A stretch of DNA of 64,000 nucleotides. It comes from Podarcis filfolensis. Lineage: Eukaryota. Positions 1 through 11,150 of this stretch are shown piece after piece. Position numbers and translations under genes: made by a program. The DNA is taken from the NCBI GenBank assembly GCA_964270895.1, contig OZ185453.1; one strand, written 5' to 3'. Under the pieces are notes generated by a model. That model saw only the letters and a list, made by a program, of their open reading frames with translations, made no database searches and was not told the DNA's origin. Position 1 is the stretch's first letter. The number at the start of each line of letters is the position of its first letter.

Positions 1-1897
1 GTGCAATGCCGTAGGGAGGTTAGGCTTATTCCAGAAGTAATCAGAGGATCCATAATCCTGTCTCATTCACTTAGAAGTCTCTCTGCCTCTGCAAATGTGG
101 CAGGTTGCTTGCAGGCAGTTCTTAAGGTTTTCCCCCATGCTCCAAACTGGTGACTTAGCAAAGGCAGTTCAGTTAACAGCAAAAAAGAAGACTGGAAGGG
201 GCAAAGGTGCCTGAGCACTGCCCAACAAAATCAGAACTTGCATATAGGTTTATTTAAAATTGTATTCATCAGATTTGATGCACCAATTGGTGTGGCACAG
301 AAAAGCTTTGAAGTCTTGTATGTTTTGGTCTCCTGGACAAACTCACACAGGATTATCTGTCATTTATAAAAATGCTTGGGTTTAAAGAGACTCTGCATAA
401 AGGGATGGAAGAATTATTGGGAAGCAAAACTTCGTATGTGTCGGTGCATGTTCTTGCATAGTCAGATAAGTCTGCATTTTGTGTTCGTTTTACTTCTCAT
501 TATTGAAAGCAGAATGGCACAAGACACAGCAAGCTTAAAAGTATGGCGACATGCCTGAAGTTGTTTCCTGTCCCTTTAGTAAAATGATTGAGCTAAATCA
601 AAATCACTCATATTTATTGAAACACAAGTGCTGTTAAATCTTCCCTTTGTAATCGTTTGTTTTCTGTCTAAAGTGGCTGCTGCGTGTCATGTTTCTAATT
701 ATTATTACAATTGTTTTATGTATTGCCTTTTGAACCACTGAATCAAGACAATTTGCACATAGGATAATTAAATACAGTTAAAAACACAAAAAGAACAGAT
801 GCCTTTAAAACAGAACTAAAACTTTTAACAAATGGACACTCGTAAACACCCATCTATCCATCTGGGAAATGTTGCATCTGCTTTGTGGTTTTGTTTGTTT
901 TTTGCACAAGTCCTACTTTCAGTACTTTTATCTGGCTTGAAAGTAACCTCTTGGCTGGGGTAATAATTGTTTTCAGACAAGACAGCCCTGTGTTTAGTAT
1001 TGTCCTGTAATACTAGTACAAGTGGTACGTGATCTGCTTTTACCCTCATCTTCTGGAAAGGAGAAACAGCTTCTGTGTGCTGCCTCCAGAATGAGGATCC
1101 TCTGCTTTCAAGGCTGCTTGCTAGGCTTTCTGTTTCTCTGCCTTTCTAGAGGGGGGGGGGGGCAGGCGAGTGCAAACCTCCAGAATGAAGCTCTCTCATA
1201 CAGAATTCTGTTTGGAAGGATGTGCCCCAGTTGCCTGGACTGACCCTATATTTCTTTCCTTCCCTTTCTCGGTAGCAGAGTTTTAGGGACAAAAAGTAGT
1301 TCTGTTAGGGAGAGATGGCTAGAAAATCAGTTCAAGCAAGCCCCCTCCCCTGGAGTTTGCCAGGATAAACTAGGTGGAGCTGATGAACTAGTTCCTCTCT
1401 AGCAAGGAAGAATATACCAGCCCACACTCTGTCTCCATAGCAGTGCCATGGAAGCTCCCTGCTCTTTTGCCTTCTTTTAGACACAAAGTGCTCCATGTTA
1501 CGTCTGGAGGAGTCAGAAAATGAGCAGTTGCTTTAAGAGCCGTGGTTTGTGAAGAAACTATGAAGTACCAAGGACAGTTGCTCATCTTGGCTCTTCCCTG
1601 TCCAGGAGCATGAAAGGCACAGGGCTGTACCTCTTTGTATGATAGCAGCTCCTTCCTGTTTGTACTGGCAGCAAGGAGGGGAGCAGTGCTCAGGCAACAA
1701 TCAGGTGAATGAATGGGGGCTTTCCCTGACTTCCTGATTATTTGGAAGGCTGGTCTTGAGAATCGTTATGAACTGGAGGGTGAGTTGTATGAGGGCTGCT
1801 ATTTTCTCAGCATGTAGTAGCTTCTGTTCAGCGTGTTGGTCATTTTTTTTTGGCCTTGAAGACACTTGCTCATATGGCCTTTCTTCTGTCATTACAG

Positions 1898-1999
1898 ATT
1901 TGTCCGATATGTGCAGCATTACCAGGAGGAGATCCCAATCATGTTACGGATGACTTTGCAGCTCATCTTACACTGGAACATAGAGCTCCAAGAGATTTA
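1898..1999 (+). CDS. KCMF1: KCMF1 coding exon (human exon 4 equivalent), end of C2H2/Di19-type zinc finger
   Basis: ttacag|ATT...; 102 nt = ICPICAALPGGDPNHVTDDFAAHLTLEHRAPRDL; followed by U12 donor ATATCCTTG. Confidence 0.96.
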
Positions 2000-3690
2000 A
2001 TATCCTTGCCTAAGTCAGGAAGAAGCAACTGAAGAATTTTTGCCTTCTATACTAATAGCCACCCATGTTGATTCTGAAATAGCTGCTTTTGTTAGCGTGT
2101 TACATAGTTTTCTTTGAATAGCTAGATAAGCAAGAGAAACTCTGCTTGGAGCACTTCATGTTAATTGTACCACTATTGGCTAGTATAAACTGATAGGATT
2201 TATTTTCCTTTCTTTTGAGGAAAGATTTGAAAGAAATACTTTCTCTCTGAGCAAGTAACCTCTCCTCAAGCTATGGGAATGTTCCAAGAAAGAGTTCAGA
2301 AGAATACATTCCTGTAGCTTGTAATTCCATTGGCATGTTGCCTCTGAGACTGTATTTTCTTGATTTGCTTTATTATAGTTCTATGCCGCTTTTCATTCAG
2401 ATATATCCCAAAGTGGCTTACAAACAATAATTGACAATAACATGACAGAACATCACAAATACAGCACAAATTATATAGAATAATTTACAAATCCTCAGTG
2501 AACCAATTACAATCTATAAAATACTATTAACAAAGCAACAACTAAAAAACAAAGGTAAACATCACAATTAATGCAAAAATATATGATTTAACAAATACAC
2601 ACTCCCCACCCCCATGACTGATAATCTTTTACTGTATTCAGCTCATTAAAATACACATACCCATAATGCCCAGGGGAGCAACTCCCTTCTGAAGGTTCCT
2701 TGGGCTGGAACTGGGGCAACGCGGGTGAAACTAGCCACCCCCTGATAGCAAACAAAGTCTCTCTCCCCTCACAGTTCTTCCTCTGGATTTGGCATTTGCT
2801 GCGCATTGCCCTGCTCTTTGCATCTATAATGCTAATATTGTGCAAAATTGTTTTTAATACACCCAGTGTGATTTTTTTAGATAAGGGGATCTGAAGATAG
2901 AAATGTAACTGCTTTTTATGACCTTGCTAGTTACTGGGGTTGTGCTTGGTTCACACCAAGCTAAGCTTGAGAAGACACAAAATAGCAGTGGTTCCCAATT
3001 GGGAATTGCCTAACCCACCCAGGGGGTCAGTGCCACCATTCACATAACAAAAACTACATTGGAGATAATCAAAATTTTAGGGGGTGTCCAAGGCTTGACT
3101 TTTAAATAACAAGAAATCCACAATACTTAGCTAATTGGGAACCACTGTATTATAGCATTGGGGGCAGGCAAGCTGGAGCATGCCTCTAACTCTAGCAGAG
3201 CAGCGCACCCCAAACTCAACACGTTTTGGATGCCAGCATCACACTAAGCAGAGTCTGCATACTCGGTGCATCTGCTTTATGTGGCCATAATTGTGTCAAA
3301 TAATCGGGCCCTTTCACCAAGTCTGGTGTTCCATTCCTCCCACGCAAGTAATGCAATGGGGAGGGAAATTGCTGCGTCTGCTCTTCAGATGCCATTATTG
3401 CAGCACTAGGCTGGGAGGAGAGATTTAAGCCTCTCAGCCCAGCGCTGGCCACGAGAGTGGTGTGTTCCAATTAACAAGAGCTGGGGCGGGGAGGTGTGTT
3501 TGCATACAGTATGGATGCCTGGTGAGTGTAGTGCCCTGGCCTTGGAGGGCTGGCTAGCCTTGAATGTGGCCATTTCTCCTCTAAACTACGAAGGAAGCTT
3601 TGCTCCTGTTCTTTACAAGTCCATTGTCTTAGTGGCTAAGGCGTTCCTGTTTGCGTGTTGACACTTTCCTTCCCTTAACTCATTGCTTAC
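2000..3690 (+). other. KCMF1: U12-type (minor spliceosome) AT-AC intron
   Basis: 5' end ATATCCTTG; branch sequence TTCCCTTAAC at 3670-3679; terminal AC at 3689-3690; removal joins ...PRDL to DESSGVRH in frame. Confidence 0.95.
2986..3147. mobile_element. hAT-type MITE inside the U12 intron
   Basis: 15-bp perfect TIR CAGTGGTTCCCAATT/AATTGGGAACCACTG; 8-bp flanks caaaatag/tattatag match at only 5 of 8 positions. Confidence 0.75.
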
Positions 3691-3865
3691 GACGAATCCA
3701 GTGGTGTTCGGCATGTACGTAGAATGTTTCACCCAGGCCGGGGTTTGGGTGGCCCTCGGGCACGTAGATCCAACATGCACTTTACTAGCAGTTCCACTGG
3801 TGGTTTTTCATCTTCGCAGAGTTCATATTCTCCAAGCAATAGGGAAGCCATGGATCCTATAGCTG
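3691..3865 (+). CDS. KCMF1: KCMF1 coding exon (exon 5 equivalent)
   Basis: 175 nt: DESSGVRHVRRMFHPGRGLGGPRARRSNMHFTSSSTGGFSSSQSSYSPSNREAMDPIA; donor G|gtaag. Confidence 0.96.
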
Positions 3866-4378
3866 GTAAGATTTGTGAATATTTACATATCCCTTTGTAT
3901 TTTTGTGCACTTGCATGATTTAAATTCTTCCACCTCGCCCCCCCCCAAAAGCAGGAATATCTGTTGTTAGATTTTATCTCTGTTCCCTCTAGAATAGTCT
4001 TCAGTGAATCAGAGCTTTAAACATTCCACATGGATGTTTATATTTTTAAGAAGTTGGTGCAATGATGAACTATTTGAGCTGGCTGAGAGAGTTTTAAGGA
4101 ACTGCTCTGAGCAATAATTCCAGCCACTTCAAAGTATCTTCACAGCTTGTTGAATGTACTACTGTGTTGTTAAAACACTAATGATGTGTCAGGGTAGGAG
4201 ATCATTGGGGCTGCATTTTAGGGACTATGAGTATACCTTCGTCCGTTTTACCCTGTAGTAGCAAAATGGGAAGCTTATGGAATAGATACTGTGGGAGAGT
4301 GAGGTGGTAGTGGCAGAGGACTGTGTGGTTACGTTAGAGTCCACTCTTAATTCCCGAATCCTTTTTTTATATTGGCAG

Positions 4379-4661
4379 AGCTTTTATCTCAGTTGTCCGG
4401 CGTGAGGCGTTCTGCAGGGGGACAGCTCAATTCCTCTGGCCCTTCCGCGTCTCAGTTGCAGCAACTGCAGATGCAACTGCAGTTAGAACGGCAGCATGCA
4501 CAGGCGGCACGACAACAACTGGAGACTGCACGTAACGCGACAAGGCGCGCCAACACTAGCGGCGTCACCACCACTATTACACAATCCACAGCAACAACCA
4601 ACACATCCAACACAGAAAACAGTCAGCAGGCTATCCAGAACTCTCAGTTCCTCCTTACAAG
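4379..4661 (+). CDS. KCMF1: KCMF1 coding exon (exon 6 equivalent), coiled-coil
   Basis: ttggcag|AG; 283 nt: ELLSQLSGVRRSAGGQLNSSGPSASQLQQLQMQLQLERQ...QFLLTR; donor AG|gtaac; phases match neighbours. Confidence 0.97.
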
Positions 4662-5147
4662 GTAACTCGTTCTAGAGGGTCGGAATTGCAATTATTGGTT
4701 CTGAATCACTCCAGGAATTCAGCCCCGCTTTTGAAATTTGTGTATTTTGATGGCATGTTCCTCCTTCCCACAAACTGCTTTTTAGCCACCTCCTTCAGCA
4801 GTCATTATCTGCAGCCAAGCACACGTAAACTTTTGTGCCTTTTCTGTTACCGCTTGTATCTACTAAAACGAAATTGTTGGCTTAAGTGGCAAAGGACAGA
4901 GAGGGGATAAGAGTTTTAAAGTGGCTCAAACTGCAATTTAGAAGTAGGCTTTGAATACAGGTTTTTCTTCCAATTCGCATTCCTGGAAAAATCAAGAAAA
5001 TGACTGAGCAATCTGAGGGCTGTTTAATACAGTGCTGTTATGTGTAGATGCACTTCATTATGTTTAACTCTCAATTCCAACATGCTGGCATATTTTAAAA
5101 AATATTATGAATCAAAATATATTACAACAAATTAAATCCTTCATATA

Positions 5148-5263
5148 AAGGTAAAGGTACCCCTGCCCGTACGGGCCAGTCGTGTCTGACTCTAGGGTTG
5201 TGCGCCCATCTCACTTGAGAGGCCGGGGGCCAGCGCTGTCCGAAGACACTTCCGGGTCACGTG
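5148..5263 (-). mobile_element. 5'-truncated Sauria-type SINE
   Basis: aaggtaaaggtacccc = reverse complement of the (ACCTTT)n tail; 14-bp TSD aaatccttcatata at 5134-5147 and 5264-5277. Confidence 0.85.
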
Positions 5264-6747
5264 AAATCCTTCATATACATATGTATAAAATCCTTCATAT
5301 ACATATTCTCAAATCTACGCATTACAAAAATTGTATCTATTGTAAAGTAGAAATACCGAGATAGTAATGGATTAATCAATTATTTCTCTTTAATTCCTCT
5401 TTAAACAAAATCTCTATGAGAACTCATAATATAGAACAAAAGGGGACCAATTAATAATGGTACTCCACTGTAGACTGATTATCATATTTTAAATATTATG
5501 TTATTTTTAAATCATTTTCATTTCTTCTGACACCTCCCAAAGACATTATTTTACTGAAGGAGACTGTGTTGTCAGTATCAAGCTATGGCCAACTTTGCCT
5601 TCACAATTTACATTATATGCTAACTTTGAAATTGTTTATAAAGCCTAAAAGGAAAGTTAGATCCTGTAGAACTGAGACTAATAATCATCTGCTTCCCACG
5701 TGTGCCCACTACATATGATTAGCAGCTTCCACTGTCTCCCTACAGCCTGCTTTTGTACCATTAGAAGTCTTAGGTAACCCCAGTGGAGTAAAATACCACA
5801 TATGGAGTACCATGGCATGGGCCTCTCAAATCTACACAGATATACACAATTGCCATATTTTGAAAAACTTAGCCACATTTTTGAAAAGAGAATTCTTAAG
5901 CCACTTTCCCACTTACTCATACTGGCCTCAGTAACTTTGGCCCCTTCAGTTTGGCCCTTCAACTTTGCCTTGCTTACTTCCTCTGTAAGATTACTCTTCC
6001 TTCCTCAATTTTATCTTAAGGGAATGCCTTCTTTAAAAAAACAGAGAAGGAACCTTGTTTTAAACATCTCGTTTGTTGTGATTCCTTCATTAAAAAAGGT
6101 CTTCTCCTTCTTTGCTTACATCTCGGCAACTTTTATACTTTTGATCAGATAAATTCTAAAAGATACCCAATACCATCTTTGGGTCAGAATAATCCCTGAG
6201 TGAAGATTCCTGGGAAATAGATTTTAATCTCAGCTCCTGAATAGGTTCCTGGGGTCCTCCCTTTGTAGCAGAATGTCACAGCGACCCTCCATTTTGTTCC
6301 ATTTTCACACAAAAAGTACCAAGGTGGCAAACTATGTGATAGCAGAAGATGGGAAAGTTGAATGGTGTGTGCAGCATACATTCAGCTATCAGAGCAGTAA
6401 TCCCTCCAGTTACTATGCAGGTTTGCTAAAGTTGTATTACCCTGCGGTAAACCGAGAATTTTTCAGGAGAACTGAATGGGTTCCATAGAAGCAGCACTGG
6501 AGCAGTTAAGGTCTCAGAGTGCTGGCGCTAGGGACTCAGCGTATTGGATATAAGCCAGGAGTGATCACTGGCAGTCTCTGATCATCTCTTTCCTAGTGTA
6601 GAAATAAATCAGATGCATCTTTTCTGAACCCAAGACATCCACAGGTCTTTTCATGATCTTGTAGATTATTAGACACTTGGTGTGTACAGTGTTCCCACGC
6701 CTCAGAATTTTCAGCTATATCCTGTTTTGTCTTCCCTTCTTGTGCAG

Positions 6748-7009
6748 GTTGAACGATCCCAAGATGTCTGAAGTAGAGCGTCAGTCAATGGAGAGTGAGC
6801 GAGCTGACCGCAGCCTGTTTGTTCAAGAGCTTCTGCTGTCCACTTTAATGCGGGAAGAAAGCTCCTCCTCTGATGAGGATGAGCGTGGGGAGGTTGCCGA
6901 TTTTGGTGCTATGGGCTGTGTAGATATTATGCCTTTAGATGTTGCTTTAGAAAATCTAAATTTAAAAGAGAGTAATAAAGGAAACGAGCCTCCTCCACCT
7001 CCTCTTTGA
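6748..7009 (+). CDS. KCMF1: KCMF1 terminal coding exon (exon 7 equivalent)
   Basis: tgtgcag|G; LNDPKMSEVERQSMESERADRSLFVQELLLSTL...KGNEPPPPPL, TGA at 7007-7009. Confidence 0.97.
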
Positions 7010-7010
7010 T

Positions 7011-7440
7011 NNNNNNNNNNNNNNNNNNNNNNNNNNNNNNNNNNNNNNNNNNNNNNNNNNNNNNNNNNNNNNNNNNNNNNNNNNNNNNNNNNNNNNNNNN
7101 NNNNNNNNNNNNNNNNNNNNNNNNNNNNNNNNNNNNNNNNNNNNNNNNNNNNNNNNNNNNNNNNNNNNNNNNNNNNNNNNNNNNNNNNNNNNNNNNNNNN
7201 NNNNNNNNNNNNNNNNNNNNNNNNNGGGGAAATCCTCTGTGCCCTGTACTTTTTGACATNNNNNNNNNNNNNNNNNNNNNNNNNNNNNNNNNNNNNNNNN
7301 NNNNNNNNNNNNNNNNNNNNNNNNNNNNNNNNNNNNNNNNNNNNNNNNNNNNNNNNNNNNNNNNNNNNNNNNNNNNNNNNNNNNNNNNNNNNNNNNNNNN
7401 NNNNNNNNNNNNNNNNNNNNNNNNNNNNNNNNNNNNNNNN
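7011..7440. other. Two N blocks (7011-7225, 215 nt; 7260-7440, 181 nt) around a 34-nt called island in the proximal KCMF1 3'UTR
   Basis: Directly visible; first block starts 2 nt after the stop codon. Confidence 0.95.
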
Positions 7441-10400
7441 AATTTAAATACAAGGAGTAAAACTATAAACGACTCCCTCCCCCTCCCCCAAAAGCTTTCC
7501 CATTATTCAAAGGTTACAAGGCAAAGAAGTTAATGCTCACTTAGCATTGTGTGGCCATCAAGTAGCTTTTGAATAATGTACGTCTGAACCACTTTTATTA
7601 CATGTGCCGTTTGCACATCATGCAAGCTCTGCAGTGGGACAGCTTGTTTCCAGGGTGTGACGTTTTGCTCGGTGTGACCCTTGTGTTGCTCTCTTTAACC
7701 ACCACACATCCACGTGGAGTTTCAGCCTGCTTTTTATGCATCTCTAGGAGACACAAAAGTAAGGCCACTGCCAAAATCTTCTGGCAAAGGGGGCTTTTTG
7801 TGTGCCCTATAATCAAAATACTTGTTCAACTTTGTTTAAAAGTTTTTTTTCCTTTTTGTGGTTGTTAAAAGAAAACCATTTTCAAACTGTTAAAACATGT
7901 TTTATTCAGGTGTAGATTATTCATTTGCTCATTGTCTTAAAAGAAAACAAAAGTTAACCTGGATTATGTTGTCTTAGTTTTAAAAACCTTCACAGTCTCA
8001 AATCATATGTTTTTGAGTTATTTATGTATTTGCTACCTAGTTTGCAGAGACTTGTCAGCAACAGGAGAGCTTGAGGAGGTTGACTTCCCAAACTTTTGTC
8101 AATATATTACAACTGCATTCTTAATGCTAATTCTAGCACCTTTTTATTTATTATTTCTTGATTTTTTTTCCTGGTATAAAAAAAGTAAAAAGCCTTTTTA
8201 ATTGAATCATGCCACCTACATGCCTATACTATTAATCCTGTATGTATAAAAATGTACAGTGTTTTTGTGCATAGACTTTCATAATAGCCCCAAGGCAGGG
8301 ACAGGAGGGTTTTTTTGTTTTGGGGGGGTTGGGGTGGTGGGGAAGGGAATGTAAAGTTAGACTATAAAGACAAAATTGCACACAGCTTCTGATTAAATCT
8401 AAACTAGGCTTAGACAATAATCATGTTTATCTCTGGTTCTCTCACTTTCTTCATCTCTATCTCCCCTCTCTACCCTTTCCACCTCTGCTACATAGCAAGC
8501 ATCTTAGAATTAAATTGCAGACTTGAGCAGGATGGTGGGGTTTTAAAAGGACAGATTCTCATCGAAAATGGGAAAAAGCCCCACCCACTGGTTTTTAGTT
8601 TCTGACTCCAGTTATTTCTATATAAAATACAGTACTAGATTTGGTTCTTCTTTTTTTTAGTCTCTGCAACAGAATGTTCTAAGGGGGAATTTTACAGCAG
8701 CCCTCTGGTTACCTTGGGAGTTTAACCCAGCTAGGGATTTTTTTTTTTAATTGTTGAGGATTTTCAAAACCAGTTTTCAAGCTGTAGTCTTTTCAAACAC
8801 ACCTGCACATTACAATAAGACACGCAGTTCAATAAAGCATTTTCAAGACTGTTGTTCAGTTGGTTCTTCTTTGGTGTTGGCGTGTTATCCAGACACATTG
8901 ATGCCAGGCGTTCTTTTTTTCAGTGATATTTTAATAAGACCCACACTGGAGAAGTTCTTGGCTCATAAGATGACATTGCTGTTTTTTTGAGTTTGTTTTG
9001 TTGTAAAATGTAAATCTCCAGTATCTGTATGTGTTGGGGCATCTGCGGCAGAAGTACGGGTTTGAGACTGTGCCGAACTTGGGCACCCACAGCATGCCCT
9101 CACCAGCTGATAAAGACAGATCCAGTCTCTAAAGCCTCAACTACTGTGAACTCCCCAGAGTGCAAAGGTGTGTTACATTTCAGTTTTTCTAGGCTTTGTT
9201 AGATGTTTGCTGGCATCCTGCTCTTCAATTATGCTGGCAGTGTCACTACCAATCAACACAATTCAGCACATCAAAGCAGATGGCTATCACAGAAGTAGAC
9301 TAAAATTAGATTCAGTTAATGGTTATCAGTGACTGACAATTTTGTTCTTAAACATTTTTGGCAGGAAAAGGACAGAAGTGTGGGCACCAACCCAAGCATT
9401 TCTGGGGACAGCAGTCCAGAGATGGACAGCTGTATCCACAAAGGCCTTTACCGCTCACCTAACTGAACAGGTTTGTGGGGGAACCAAGGCACTTTCAACA
9501 CCTCGGTGAAACTTGCAAGTAGGTGTATAGATTCTGATGCTGAGAATACAATTGTGACACTGCACTTCTCAGTAATGCATTTCAGGCATTGTATGTGAAC
9601 AGTTTTGGGGACCTTCCAACCTACCTTCAAAATTGGGATTAGCTCCACATTTCTGAGAGGTTCTTGGTGAATGGGTCACGTGCCATTTTTTGCTTGGATG
9701 CACTGCTAAGTGCTGCTTGTTCCTGGTGCTAAGCTTCGTTCACGGTACAGGACAGTGGCCAAAATAATGTGCTAAAGTTGTCCATTGGGTGCTGATTCCC
9801 TTCCAATGTTTTATGTACTGTTTTGAGATCTTTAAAAAGATACAAAAGTCACGTCACAGGTTCACCAGCGGCAGTGCCTAGACGGTGAAATGTATATATA
9901 CCTTTCTGAGCTGGCTGCAGGTAGGGGGCCTTTTTGCCAGCACAACAGCATCACATTTTTGCTTCCCCTGATTGCATCCAAGAAAAAACACCTGGCCAGA
10001 CTCTTCCAGGTACTGTAGTTGACAGCCCATCTGTTTCAACCTGCTACTGTCCTGGGTATAATACTGTAATCAGGTTATTTGGAGAAACATGGCCAGAAGG
10101 GCTATGTATTGTTTATGGAAAGTGATTTTATCTACTTTTATCAGAAGTAATCTATATTAGCACGAGAGGCAACTTAGCATCTCCAGCGAGTAGTCACAAT
10201 GTGCTATTTATTGGTGAATGCTTGCTTAGTGTTTTGACATACACCATACTTCTCTTTCAACACCAACTAAGTTCAAGCCCATCTGGCACGTTGCTAACTT
10301 TTGGTTAGGCTTGTTTGAGAATGAGATAGTAGAAGTCTATAATCTTACCTATTTTATGAAGTTTATCACTGCCTTTGAGGATGTCTTCACACAATGCAAA

Positions 10401-11105
10401 TTACAAGCACCTTCACCATCTGCATAGATGAAAATTATCCATAGCCTGCTTGCTCAAAGCAACATAAAGCTGTTACCACCCAACCCAGCTCCATCTCTTC
10501 ACTCATCCCAAGACAGCTCTTGGGACAGTGCTAATAGACTATTTGTGGTGGTGGTGAAGAGTTCTGCAAAACCTGTATTAGAGGAAGTTGGTAACCAAAC
10601 CAAGATAACGAAACTTTTGCTATAAAAGGCATTTTCAAAACGGGGGTGAAAAAATCAGCAGGAAAATAAATGAGTTAACGTAAATAAGTGTGATGTTGCA
10701 ACTTCCTCAGACAAATCCCCCCCTTCCAAACTGGGGGTTTGATGCATTTTGGGGCTAGGATAGCATGTTGGTTGACATTTGGTTCTCTTTCCTTTGGAAT
10801 ACATTTCTTCTGTGCAATAAGATTTTCTCCCCTCTATCAAGGTTCTAGGTTGATAACTTTGTCCCACTGTTACCTATAATTACACTGCCTTAAAAACTGA
10901 GTGTGCAGCACTATTAAACATGTTCAAACTCCAATTTTCAACATGGATACATCATATCAAATAGCCCCTCTTTTCTTAGCGGTGAATTGTCTTGACCCTC
11001 CCTCACAGGACTAGTTTGAGGATAAAATGGGAAAGACTGTGCGCAACAACCTGAGTTTTCCAGAGAAATGCCGGGATATGTGTATGATAAATAACAATTG
11101 CTTCA

Positions 11106-11150
11106 TGTAATAAAAAGCAGCGCCAAGTTTTATATAAGCCTTTATTTACA
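11106..11150. terminator. Candidate back-to-back polyadenylation signals (KCMF1 on +, HOOK3 on -)
   Basis: + strand TGTAATAAA (AATAAA 11109-11114); - strand TGTAAATAAA (AATAAA 11146-11141); U-rich sequence downstream in both directions. Confidence 0.4.

Noticed and set aside
6927-7533. ORFs containing X runs
   Set aside because: Artefacts of the N blocks
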